From an archaeon (GTDB lineage Archaea > Nanobdellota > Nanobdellia > Pacearchaeales > GW2011-AR1), in the NCBI GenBank assembly GCA_037134055.1, contig JBAXMY010000001.1, positions 1 to 31,665 on the forward strand: a stretch of DNA of 31,665 nt. Direction: 5' to 3'. A model generated the notes under the pieces. The model worked only from the letters and a program-made list of their open reading frames with translations, was not told where the DNA came from and did no database searches. The first letter of the stretch is position 1. Each line of letters opens with the position of its first letter. This document shows positions 1 to 8,777 of the stretch, piece by piece. The position numbers were made by a program, and so were the translations under genes.

Positions 1-432
1 CAGGGCATATTTACTGCATTCCCTTCCCAACTCCATGGACACAACCTTTGATGGCTTGCCAGTCTTGGCAATAACAACTGAGAATGGAGCAACTCCGGCA
101 AATAAAACTAAAACTTTCTCACCCTTTTTTACCATTTTTGCAATCTCTGCTCTTTCACTGCTTAGTCTAGGAGAAAAGTAACAGGTATCAACATTAAATC
201 TAAAGAAGCAGCCATTCTCTCTGTATATTGCCTCCTTTGTCTTTTCACCAAGGATGAATTTACCCTTGTGTGTTCTTAATCTGCCTTTAAATTTTCCCGA
301 CTTTTCCAATACCGTTCGCACCTGTTCATGGGTCTTTAGAAAACTCCTGGCTTCCTTCAATTTCTTGCTTTTGGAAGTTCCCCTAGGAAATTTGAATAGC
401 ACTATGTTGCCAAGTAAATCATAACTAGCCAT
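1..432 (-). CDS. trm5: Trm5/TYW2-family tRNA methyltransferase, runs off the window start (partial)
   Basis: Not in the ORF track. Hand translation from ATG 432: MASYDLLGNIVLFKF...YRENGCFFRFNVDTCYFSPRLSSER...VLVLFAGVAPFS. This matches the Trm5 D2/D3 hallmarks (xDxxGxI, ENGxxF, YFSPRL, SAM motif I). TATA-like TATTTAAG at -29. Confidence 0.85.
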   Translation of the reverse strand, partial: MASYDLLGNIVLFKFPRGTSKSKKLKEARSFLKTHEQVRTVLEKSGKFKGRLRTHKGKFILGEKTKEAIYRENGCFFRFNVDTCYFSPRLSSERAEIAKMVKKGEKVLVLFAGVAPFSVVIAKTGKPSKVVSMELGRECSKYAL

Positions 433-486
433 ATTAAAAAGAATAAAATCTCCCTTAAATAGCTATTCCCCAACGCAAAGGGGGTG

Positions 487-512
487 TTAAATGTTTCCCA
501 AGAAACATTTAA
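487..512. repeat. Perfect 11-bp inverted repeat TTAAATGTTTC-ccaa-GAAACATTTAA
   Basis: Read directly from the divergent intergenic region; the right arm overlaps the TATA-like TTTAAATA (508-515). Confidence 0.8.
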
Positions 513-548
513 ATATGAAATCCCCTAGCTAATACTAGGAAGAGGAAA

Positions 549-809
549 ATGACAGGAAAAATTCTAGGATACATTGTAACGCTCATAGGTTTAGCAGGAT
601 TTGCATTCACCTTCGATGTAGTAAATGCAGCAATCAAAGTGCCAGGCATATCATTAATAGGAAAAACGCCCCTGACCGTCGTCAGCCTTATAATAATAGC
701 ATTGGGATTGTTTCTTGTTATACAGGTTGGTGGAAGCAGCAAACAGCCAAAGGAAGTTCCAATTTATCACGGCGATAAGGTAGTCGGATTTAGAAGATTG
801 GGTAAATAA
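549..809 (+). CDS. Small two-TM membrane protein with basic C-terminal EVPIY...VVGFRR tail
   Basis: 86-aa ORF, two hydrophobic segments, purine-rich AGAGG just before the ATG. Confidence 0.8.
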   Translation: MTGKILGYIVTLIGLAGFAFTFDVVNAAIKVPGISLIGKTPLTVVSLIIIALGLFLVIQVGGSSKQPKEVPIYHGDKVVGFRRLGK

Positions 810-855
810 TCACATATAGTTTTTAATTTCTTTAAGAATACGTTAATAGCTCATT

Positions 856-1665
856 TTATCTTACGCCCTTTACGCCAAGCTCTCTTAAGCGATCCTTTAT
901 TCTCGTAATCTGATCCTGTGCATACTGGCTTCCCGTTGAAGCATACACCTGTTCAGACTTATCCAATTCACTTAGTAGAGAGATTATTGTTCTGTCATGA
1001 ATAAACCTTTCCGCCTTTCTTATTTCGTGCAAACTGAAATAAACTGATATTTGTCTGTCCATGAACACTGCCAAAACTGCAAGAACTAAGGTACCACCAT
1101 AAATCTGATTTCCAAGTGATGATAATTCAGAAAATCTATTAAACCAGAGTATGCAGAAGACCAACAGGAATAACGCCCAGGCCACTCTTCTTCCGGCTGA
1201 ATGATTCATCGTTTTATGAATGAACCAGAACATAATCAAAAATGGAAGCAAGGTAACTAGTACAATTCCGAGAGTATTGTAGGGTAGCAAAACAGATTCA
1301 GTTAGATTATTTTCAGAAATAAACCTCATTGATAAAATTGATATAATTACTGAAATTGTTGTGATAACTCCTGGCTGTTTCTTAAATTGTGGAACTTGAG
1401 TCAGAGCAAACTTCAAAACAATAATCAGAAGTAAAAACAACAGAACCTTTGCAAAGAAAAAGTCGGTAGTGGAATATTGCCCAAATGCCGCCCCCAGGAT
1501 GGGTGTAGCAACATCCTGCATCCCCCTAATTGCCGTATCAACAAATCCTCCTATATTTCCAGAGCCAAATCCCGAATATGAATATGCACTGACGGAAGAT
1601 ATCAAAAGCACTAGTGAAAATGCAAACAAGCCCAGTATACCTATTCCTCTCTTTGTTCTATTCAT
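856..1665 (-). CDS. Multi-pass membrane protein with signal peptide (paralog of 1781..2524)
   Basis: The track start at 1743 is TTG. ATG 1665 (MNRTKRGIGILG...VSA) has TTTTTAAA at -29. Several TM helices and a charged C-terminal helix. Confidence 0.85.
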   Translation of the reverse strand: MNRTKRGIGILGLFAFSLVLLISSVSAYSYSGFGSGNIGGFVDTAIRGMQDVATPILGAAFGQYSTTDFFFAKVLLFLLLIIVLKFALTQVPQFKKQPGVITTISVIISILSMRFISENNLTESVLLPYNTLGIVLVTLLPFLIMFWFIHKTMNHSAGRRVAWALFLLVFCILWFNRFSELSSLGNQIYGGTLVLAVLAVFMDRQISVYFSLHEIRKAERFIHDRTIISLLSELDKSEQVYASTGSQYAQDQITRIKDRLRELGVKGVR

Positions 1666-1751
1666 ATATCTTAGAGATAAATCAAGTTTAAAAAAGTTCG
1701 CAAAAACTGAATTAAACAGCGCACCACATAGATATCCTTTCAAAGGGAAAG

Positions 1752-1759
1752 TTTTTAAA
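1752..1759 (+). promoter_or_regulatory. TATA box for 1781..2524
   Basis: TTTTTAAA at -29..-22 from the ATG, preceded by purine-rich GGGAAAG (BRE-like). Confidence 0.65.
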
Positions 1760-1780
1760 CTAAATACCTCCTAATATATC

Positions 1781-2524
1781 ATGAAAAAAGTGAACAGGGG
1801 CGTTCTTGCAGTTCTTTTAATCTCATCCCTATTGATGATCTCATCGATAGTTTTGGTTAGTGGAGCCATAGAAGGACTTAATCTTGGATCCTCACAAATT
1901 CTTAATAATCTAGCAAATGGTACTATCGCTGGATGGGTGGCCAAACTGATATTCTTCCTAATTGTAATGGTTGTGATAATACTTGTACTGGGGAATATAC
2001 TTGGAGTAAATAATCGTGGATGGGTAATTCTACTTTCAGGATTAATTTCTTTCCTGGCAACTGCATATCTAACTCCTGCAGAAGTATTATCAGTTTTAAC
2101 TTCCTATGAAGCGCTAGGATTAACAATAACTTCATTAATTCCAATAGCTCTTATAACCGGACTTTCATATCAAGCAGCAACTGCACCTGTGCAAGGTGGT
2201 GGGAGAGTCAGATTGATAATGCTTCAACATTTTGCTTGGATAATGTTTGGACTTTATTCTCTTTATAAATTAGGATATGCTCTACTTTCCACAGATGTCT
2301 ATAATGGATGGGTGCTGTTAATTCTAATGGGTGTTACAATTTATGCTGCAATTCTGGCAATCTTTAATCCGGCGCTTGTAAGAATCGTAGCCCGTAGATT
2401 TTTAGATGCTGAAGATGAAGCAGCAAATGTGCAAGTTAATCGAGCAGTTAGAGGTGCACGAGCACTTGCTAATGCTGAACAGGGATTAGCTGGAAATAGT
2501 CAAGGTACTGGAGAATTTGGGTAA
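1781..2524 (+). CDS. Multi-pass membrane protein with signal peptide (paralog of 856..1665)
   Basis: 247 aa; shares the AKxxxFL...ISxL...LxxYxxLGxxxxxLxP pattern with the divergent neighbour. Confidence 0.85.
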   Translation: MKKVNRGVLAVLLISSLLMISSIVLVSGAIEGLNLGSSQILNNLANGTIAGWVAKLIFFLIVMVVIILVLGNILGVNNRGWVILLSGLISFLATAYLTPAEVLSVLTSYEALGLTITSLIPIALITGLSYQAATAPVQGGGRVRLIMLQHFAWIMFGLYSLYKLGYALLSTDVYNGWVLLILMGVTIYAAILAIFNPALVRIVARRFLDAEDEAANVQVNRAVRGARALANAEQGLAGNSQGTGEFG

Positions 2525-2544
2525 TTTTTGTTACACTATAAACC

Positions 2545-2552
2545 TTTAAAAA
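2545..2552 (+). promoter_or_regulatory. TATA box for 2574..3260
   Basis: AAACC-TTTAAAAA at -29..-22. Confidence 0.7.
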
Positions 2553-2573
2553 TTGCATTAACTAATTAAATAC

Positions 2574-3260
2574 ATGAAAAAGAGTGTTCTTCTTGTATGT
2601 ATCATACTTTCTCTTTTAACTCTAAGTCTCTTTTCCAATTTTGCTCATGCAGCTACCACCCCCTCATCTTCCCAAGAGCTGATTTCCAATCAGCTTGGAA
2701 TAGATCCTGCATCCATACCTCAAAGTCCAGAAGACATTAAAGACAAATATCTTAACCAAGAATGGGGGAAAATTATTGACAGCACACCCATAATTGGTCC
2801 AGTTAATATATTTCTAAAAACAAATGACTCCGCCCTATTTGTAGAATACTTCCTTTTTGCTGAAGCATATACTTTCACACTAACGTTCATTCTTATTTTT
2901 GTTTTCTGGCTCTTCGCAATTACATTAACCTCTGACTTGCTGAGAGCTTCTGGATTCCTCAAAGGTGGAGTTTCGCTGTTTGTTGGACTCGGAGTAGCAG
3001 TTATAATCGCACAAATCGGATTACTAAGATTCATCACCTCTGGAATTATCAACTTCATAACTAGGCAAGAAAATGTATGGTGGAGAATAGTTCTCTGGAT
3101 AATCATACTTGTAGCGATCATAGCATTCTACTATCTGAAAAAACTTATAGCAGATTACCTACTTAAGGCAAGAACTGAAGATCAGAAAGCATCCGTAGAA
3201 AGAAGGGTGAAGAAAATCGAGATAACTGAGGAAAGTCAGAAAAAAGCAGAGAAATTATAA
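2574..3260 (+). CDS. Membrane protein: signal peptide, short external domain, three TM helices, charged tail
   Basis: 228-aa ORF beginning MKKSV...FAHA; hydrophobic segments in the C-terminal half. Confidence 0.85.
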   Translation: MKKSVLLVCIILSLLTLSLFSNFAHAATTPSSSQELISNQLGIDPASIPQSPEDIKDKYLNQEWGKIIDSTPIIGPVNIFLKTNDSALFVEYFLFAEAYTFTLTFILIFVFWLFAITLTSDLLRASGFLKGGVSLFVGLGVAVIIAQIGLLRFITSGIINFITRQENVWWRIVLWIIILVAIIAFYYLKKLIADYLLKARTEDQKASVERRVKKIEITEESQKKAEKL

Positions 3261-3896
3261 CTACTTAGACTCTCCAGACAAAGACTGCATCATCCTTCTC
3301 ATTATGCCTGAGCTAATCCCTCTCTCAGTTCCTTCAGCCATGGCTTCCTCTTTCTCTGCAGTTTGTTTTGCAAAACTTGTAAGATTCAAAATAATCATAA
3401 ATGCCAAAACAATTACCACTAAAATCAGTATTAAGTTAAATAAATCGTACTGCTGTAAAAATGTTACAAACCTACCTAAATCAAATAGGGTTTCTGCCGC
3501 AGTTAGAAAACCCCCAGTCATTCCAATGAGGGATGTAATCAGAAAAGAAAGTAGCCAAACAAGCCCATTTTTATTAAATATGAGTTGTGCTAAAACTTTT
3601 ATAAGAACGATAGCCATAGCCCAGAGGCAAACGAGAATTACAAACATACTTAATTTCATATCATAATTATTCAAACCAAAGAAAATTGCTGAGATTACTC
3701 TAAGTGACTCAGGTACCTGGAGATCATAGCTCATTACCTTATTCGAACCATCTCTAAATCCTAAGGTTGGAGAAGCACTTGTACCTGCACTTGTTGTGTC
3801 CAGAGGCACAACATCCGCATCCTGTCCAACAATGTCTGCTGACACCATTCCCAGCAAAAGCACAAGGAACACCAGTGCAAAAACGCTCTTTTTCAT
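3261..3896 (-). CDS. Membrane protein (probable paralog of 2574..3260)
   Basis: 211-aa ORF beginning MKKSV...MVSA; same TM layout; its stop abuts the convergent stop with no gap. Confidence 0.85.
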   Translation of the reverse strand: MKKSVFALVFLVLLLGMVSADIVGQDADVVPLDTTSAGTSASPTLGFRDGSNKVMSYDLQVPESLRVISAIFFGLNNYDMKLSMFVILVCLWAMAIVLIKVLAQLIFNKNGLVWLLSFLITSLIGMTGGFLTAAETLFDLGRFVTFLQQYDLFNLILILVVIVLAFMIILNLTSFAKQTAEKEEAMAEGTERGISSGIMRRMMQSLSGESK

Positions 3897-3918
3897 ACCA
3901 TCTATAAAATAATCTAAT

Positions 3919-4149
3919 TTAAATTACTTTCGTGCCCGTTCCCATTGCCTTTTTCTTTCTTTCCTCTGCCAATCTAATAAGAATTGCTCTACCTTCCTCG
4001 CTAATTTCTAAATTCTTATAAAATCGAGCAGCCATGTCAAACTGCGCGTTGATAAAGGTTGTGTGTTCTTCTTTCCAGCCATCTGGATTTGCCTTCACAA
4101 ATTCTGCCCATCTTTCAACCTGTTCCATGTGCGATTTATCTCTTGCCAT
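3919..4149 (-). CDS. Small helical protein coupled to the upstream nucleotidyltransferase (possible TA partner)
   Basis: 76 aa; ATG lies 1 nt after the stop of 4151..4711. Confidence 0.75.
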   Translation of the reverse strand: MARDKSHMEQVERWAEFVKANPDGWKEEHTTFINAQFDMAARFYKNLEISEEGRAILIRLAEERKKKAMGTGTKVI

Positions 4150-4150
4150 T

Positions 4151-4711
4151 TTAATTTAACCTCAACTTTCGTATTTTATCTTTTACATCATTTATAAGTT
4201 TTTCATCTAGCTTGTCCTTATAAATTATTCTCAAATGTCTTGCATCCTCCATATCCTTATCAGACTTAAGTAGCTCTTCCTTAAATGCAATATTACTTTC
4301 GATTGTTGAAAACCACACATCTAGTCTGGTAAATGGGAATTTCTGTCGCATTTTTATCTGCATCTCATCCAATTCATCTTTTGCAAACTTAACCTCCATC
4401 TCGGGAGGAAATGTTGTGCCCTTTCTGACATATCTAACGCTTATCCCCCTATTCAAATAATCATACACCTCTTCTGGAATTGAACTCTGTAGGCAATCAA
4501 ACTTCTTTTTCAACTCCGAATGTATGATGAGAAATTTTGATAAATCTACCTTTTCCATAATCATGTCTATATCTTCAGTTCCTCTTGTTCTTGCATGAGC
4601 TATTGCAACAAATCCGGAAACAATAATATATTTTGCATGTTTATTAACTATATCGCAAAAAGAAGTCGTAAACTCATCCAATATATTTCGGTCACCTATC
4701 TGTCTTTCCAT
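4151..4711 (-). CDS. Minimal pol-beta-superfamily nucleotidyltransferase
   Basis: YIIVSGFVAIAHARTRGTEDIDMI fits the hG[GS]xAxxxxGxxRxTxDhD signature; AATATATA at -29. Confidence 0.75.
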   Translation of the reverse strand: MERQIGDRNILDEFTTSFCDIVNKHAKYIIVSGFVAIAHARTRGTEDIDMIMEKVDLSKFLIIHSELKKKFDCLQSSIPEEVYDYLNRGISVRYVRKGTTFPPEMEVKFAKDELDEMQIKMRQKFPFTRLDVWFSTIESNIAFKEELLKSDKDMEDARHLRIIYKDKLDEKLINDVKDKIRKLRLN

Positions 4712-4751
4712 ACCCTTTCTAGTTAAATCAAGTATATATTATTTTCTCTAA

Positions 4752-5228
4752 TTAAAACAAGAAGACTAAACCACCAATGGAAATCAGAATAATATAAAAT
4801 ATCCACTTAGATACATGCTCTCTGAATGTACCTGGCTGAGTGATTATATTGAACATATAATAAACACTAACTAAAATTAACACCGATACGAAATACAAAA
4901 CAGCAAATACCTTTGAAGCAAAAGCCAGCACCATTAGTCCAGTTGCATTCAAAAACAAGATATATCCTAAATTATTTGTAAACCATCCGAATTTATCCCA
5001 GATGGAATGACTTCTCCCATATCCCATCTTGGCATAGCTAAGACTTGCAAACAAAATCAGAGGAATAGCTAAAACCATCTGCAAAACCATGTATTGATTT
5101 ATCTTGCCAGAACCAAAAGCCCAAATGATTGACAAAACTGTGAAAAGACTTCCCATCAAAAAAGAATTTATATGCAATCTAGATTCTGCCTTCTGAGGAT
5201 TCTCACCATATCCCGACTTATCACCCAT
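4752..5228 (-). CDS. Hypothetical five-TM membrane protein
   Basis: Strongly hydrophobic. TATTTAAA at -29 from ATG 5228 favours it over 5234. Confidence 0.8.
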   Translation of the reverse strand: MGDKSGYGENPQKAESRLHINSFLMGSLFTVLSIIWAFGSGKINQYMVLQMVLAIPLILFASLSYAKMGYGRSHSIWDKFGWFTNNLGYILFLNATGLMVLAFASKVFAVLYFVSVLILVSVYYMFNIITQPGTFREHVSKWIFYIILISIGGLVFLF

Positions 5229-5262
5229 GCCCATTCAAAACAAAATCAGTTTAAATAATCTT

Positions 5263-6270
5263 CTAGAACAGTGTCCTCTGCGCACCTTGCTTTTTTAATT
5301 CCCTCAACTTTTCCAATTGCTTTTCCACTCTTTCCAGAGAAAACTCATGTCTATCAACAAGAATTTCCTTTACCTTCGCCTCATTAATATTGGGAAACTC
5401 GACTTGCAATTTTCTATCCACATTGGGCTTCTTGAATATCTCAAATATATCCTGCCAATTGAAATCCATTCTACCTTCAACTTCCTTGAAAATGGAGAAG
5501 GGATATTTTTTCTGCTGTACCAAAGACAGAGCCTTCTTTGGTCCTATTCCCCTCACTCCTCCAGGATTGAAGTCCGTTCCAACGAGAATTGCCAGACAGA
5601 TTAGCTGATCGCTATCAATTCGTAGTTCATTCAATACTTTTTCATATTCTATTATCTCTGGAGAAATGTATATCGTTCCCGAACGCGTTTTCCTTGTCCT
5701 AGATAGAGTCACATTCTGAATAAGACGAGAACCAATAACCAGCGCATCATAATCCTGCGAAGCTACGGCATATGCCTGTCCATCCTGCACAAGTGCAGAT
5801 GCCTGCATTTCTCCTTCTCCAGGAGCTTGCACAACTGCAATACCCAACGCCTCAAGTAATTCCTTACTCTCGGCAATCATTACACTATCAAGCCTGCTCA
5901 GAGAAGCACCATACTTACCCATGGCATCCACATCTTCCTCATCCTTTGCCTCTTCATACTTCTCACGCATTGCCGCTCTTGCCTCTTGGCGCATTTCCTG
6001 CGTCTTTCCCTTCAGAGGATTATACGCTCCATCAAATACATAAATTAATTTTATTCCCTCAGCAAGCAAAGCCATATTCCTATAGAAAAGTCCTGACAGA
6101 TGACTTGTTACCCTACCCTGAGAATCCATCAACGATGTGCCGTCTGCCTGTCTTATTGAAGAAAGAAACTGATATAGCGCATTAAATGCATCTACAGCAA
6201 TCGTCTTTCCCTTTAATTCCTTAAACTCTATTGCCTTCCTAGGAACAATGTCTCCTATCTGTAAGCCCAT
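5263..6270 (-). CDS. fen: Flap endonuclease 1
   Basis: MGLQIGDI start, AVDAFNALYQFLSSIRQADG, VFDG, EGEMQA, SQDYDAL, LVGTDFNPGG H3TH, C-terminal QRTLF. TATAAATA at -29 supports ATG 6270. Confidence 0.97.
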   Translation of the reverse strand: MGLQIGDIVPRKAIEFKELKGKTIAVDAFNALYQFLSSIRQADGTSLMDSQGRVTSHLSGLFYRNMALLAEGIKLIYVFDGAYNPLKGKTQEMRQEARAAMREKYEEAKDEEDVDAMGKYGASLSRLDSVMIAESKELLEALGIAVVQAPGEGEMQASALVQDGQAYAVASQDYDALVIGSRLIQNVTLSRTRKTRSGTIYISPEIIEYEKVLNELRIDSDQLICLAILVGTDFNPGGVRGIGPKKALSLVQQKKYPFSIFKEVEGRMDFNWQDIFEIFKKPNVDRKLQVEFPNINEAKVKEILVDRHEFSLERVEKQLEKLRELKKQGAQRTLF

Positions 6271-6291
6271 TACTATATAGGACAACCAGGT

Positions 6292-6299
6292 TATTTATA
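6292..6299 (-). promoter_or_regulatory. TATA box for fen, overlapping the upstream stop codon
   Basis: TATAAATA at -29..-22 from ATG 6270. Confidence 0.75.
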
Positions 6300-7266
6300 G
6301 CTTATGAGCCTTTCTTGAACGCCAGAAATAGAAAAATCCTGCAATTAGGCATGCAACAATCAGAACGATGTAGCTTCCCCCGGTATTTGACGCATCAGAC
6401 ACTACAAACCCAGTAAAATTGCCCATAAAAAACAACAAAGAAAAAGAAACAAAGAAGATTGCAGCCGTAGCAGCAATTTTCTCCAAACCCTGTCGTTTAG
6501 TACTTGTTTGCTCCCTTCTTTCAGGCATGCCATAAATGGGATCCGCTCTAAAATATCTATATCTCAGCTCCTTATCAGACATTTCAAATAATTCGGGGAG
6601 TTTTACCTTTGACAAATCCAGTTTTGATGCGTATTTGTAAGGCCTATAATGGATAAGCATCCTATTTCGCACATCCACATCTTCCTCAAAACCCATCGCA
6701 CGTGCAACATCTGAAAGTTGTTCTGCCAATTTTTCATTTCCACCCTTTCTTGCCTCACCCACCGTCTTTAAAAGAACACGATATTTATTTCTGATAAATG
6801 AAGAGCCACGTTCATTCAAAACCTTACCGAGAGAGTCATAAACTCTATCGAATGAGGGCTCACCATTCGGAAATAGTTTCTTTCTTTTTTCTTCAGGTAA
6901 TCCTAGATAAGCTATTTTTCTCCCAACAAATCCCAGAAACTCTTCAGAATGAAGTTCCTTAGTATTGATATAATGCCCAAGATTACCTACTTTCTTTGCT
7001 CTGACAAAATGTGCCAGCTCTTCACCCATTGATTCCGTAACATCTCCAACACCCATTTCACGATTAACTGCAATTCTATTCTTTACCATGTTGTAGTCCA
7101 TTACTTTTTTCTTACTAAACACCAATTTTGGAAACTGATTCTCTGGAATGCCAAATTCCTGGGAAAATATTGCTTTCTGTTCATCATACACCCTTTGGAC
7201 AAATGCCTTGCCTTTATTATTTAACTTAGAAATTGGCTTACTGCCTTTAATAAAATCTTCTTCCAT
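6295..7266 (-). CDS. EExxH zincin-like domain protein with C-terminal two-TM tail
   Basis: E82-E-L-A-H86, S-E-E109-F, H206-x-x-x-Y210; homologous by eye to the C-terminus of 9931..13689. Tail: LEKIAA...GNFTGFVV...FFYFWR. TATTTATA at -29. Confidence 0.85.
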   Translation of the reverse strand: MEEDFIKGSKPISKLNNKGKAFVQRVYDEQKAIFSQEFGIPENQFPKLVFSKKKVMDYNMVKNRIAVNREMGVGDVTESMGEELAHFVRAKKVGNLGHYINTKELHSEEFLGFVGRKIAYLGLPEEKRKKLFPNGEPSFDRVYDSLGKVLNERGSSFIRNKYRVLLKTVGEARKGGNEKLAEQLSDVARAMGFEEDVDVRNRMLIHYRPYKYASKLDLSKVKLPELFEMSDKELRYRYFRADPIYGMPERREQTSTKRQGLEKIAATAAIFFVSFSLLFFMGNFTGFVVSDASNTGGSYIVLIVACLIAGFFYFWRSRKAHKL

Positions 7267-7321
7267 CTAATCAATAGATAAAAGCAATATAAATATGTTT
7301 TCTAAATAGAATGATAATTAT

Positions 7322-7864
7322 TTAATTTCCTACAGAATTATAAAAATCAAAAACACCCTGTTCAACTCTGCCTGAAGGCACTTTCTTAACAACAACATCT
7401 GGAGACAGAACGATTTCACCAGCCAATTTACTCCGCCCATGTAATATTGCAACTGGAGCATTCTTTGTTGAAGCGCGATAATCTTCAAACATTTTAAGAA
7501 GTTCTGCCACATTATTTGCAACATACCCGGATAGAGCACAACTGTCATCAGAACGCACATCCTCCATGTATGGATGTCTTGAATCTTGATAGAACCTAGA
7601 TTTTGGCATGCTCTCTCCCCTTTTCATGGGCATGAATGAAGCATAAAATATCTGATTCTCCCTCGTATAGTCGGAAGGACCTTTGTGTCCTTCATATCTT
7701 ATAACAACATTTCTTTCACCAGCTTCCAAAGCTTGTCTTGCAAAATAGTCCGATATAACATCACTAAAGAAAAATTTTACGCCATGACTTCTGCCAGTCT
7801 GATCTGGTGCTTCCAGTTTACTTGGCTTGCCTTCTCTTGATCTTTTTGATTTGCCCTTGGTCAT
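7322..7864 (-). CDS. Hypothetical soluble protein
   Basis: 180-aa ORF, ATG 1 nt after the upstream stop; no motif recognised. Confidence 0.75.
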   Translation of the reverse strand: MTKGKSKRSREGKPSKLEAPDQTGRSHGVKFFFSDVISDYFARQALEAGERNVVIRYEGHKGPSDYTRENQIFYASFMPMKRGESMPKSRFYQDSRHPYMEDVRSDDSCALSGYVANNVAELLKMFEDYRASTKNAPVAILHGRSKLAGEIVLSPDVVVKKVPSGRVEQGVFDFYNSVGN

Positions 7865-7865
7865 T

Positions 7866-8399
7866 TTATTTTAATCCGTCAAACTGAGCAATGAAATCTC
7901 TCAGTGACTTCCCATTTAATATTTCTTCTAAAAATTCTTGAGGAACTTCATCTTCTTCCAACTCACCAATCATTATTCTTCTAAAAGAAGGATCTCCGAC
8001 CATGGCTCTAACAACAGTTTTAGCTTTATATTTATCAAATTTTCCAGATTCCAGAGCCCTGAGCCTTTCCCCCACATCAACTAGAGAAGCAACCTCAATC
8101 ATCGCACCCATCTCTGAAGTTGATCCTGGAGTTTTACCATTTTCATATATTTTCAAGAATTCCTTTGAAACGAAAGGCTTAACACGATCCTTAAATCCAG
8201 CTAATACTTCAGATTTATCTGGAAGTTCAAATGTTTTTAGAACATCTTCCCTATATCTGTGTCCAACTGGAAGTTTCGAAGCTCGATCTAATCGTTCATA
8301 GATGTAATCCGCATTCTGCATACCCTTCTGAGAACATCGATATACAACTCTAGGGCTCAATACCTTACTATCTACCAAATCTAACAATTCAGTTGTCAT
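7866..8399 (-). CDS. Hypothetical soluble, acidic, helical protein
   Basis: 177-aa ORF, ATG 1 nt after the upstream stop; no motif recognised. Confidence 0.75.
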   Translation of the reverse strand: MTTELLDLVDSKVLSPRVVYRCSQKGMQNADYIYERLDRASKLPVGHRYREDVLKTFELPDKSEVLAGFKDRVKPFVSKEFLKIYENGKTPGSTSEMGAMIEVASLVDVGERLRALESGKFDKYKAKTVVRAMVGDPSFRRIMIGELEEDEVPQEFLEEILNGKSLRDFIAQFDGLK

Positions 8400-8400
8400 T

Positions 8401-8652
8401 CTAGTTATGTCTCCTGTCTTTTCTGTTCAATTCGGCAAGAGTTGCGGAAGCAATTATTGCAGAACCGAGAGTTGCAATTTCATAAAAACTACCCATTCCC
8501 CTATGATTATATACATTGCCAATGGAATACTTTGCACCTTCAACGGGAGAAGAGTCTCTAATCGTATTAACCACCCTAACTGCCAAATCTACCGTTCCGC
8601 AAGCTATGCTAAGGCCTATAACCGTTGCAGCCAATGTTTTTCCTAGTCCCAT
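8401..8652 (-). CDS. Small protein with two hydrophobic helices (paralog of 8778..9038)
   Basis: 83 aa; GTVDLAVRVVN...YNHRG; AGGA 5 nt before the ATG and TTTAAATA further upstream. Confidence 0.75.
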   Translation of the reverse strand: MGLGKTLAATVIGLSIACGTVDLAVRVVNTIRDSSPVEGAKYSIGNVYNHRGMGSFYEIATLGSAIIASATLAELNRKDRRHN

Positions 8653-8777
8653 GTTTTTCCTATAAAAATCTCACTAAATGCCAATATTTAAACCTTTCTA
8701 ATTGTTACCACCACGGAGTAACATGATATATGAATATTATTAAATTGGATAAAAAATATAAAAAATTAAAGAATCGT

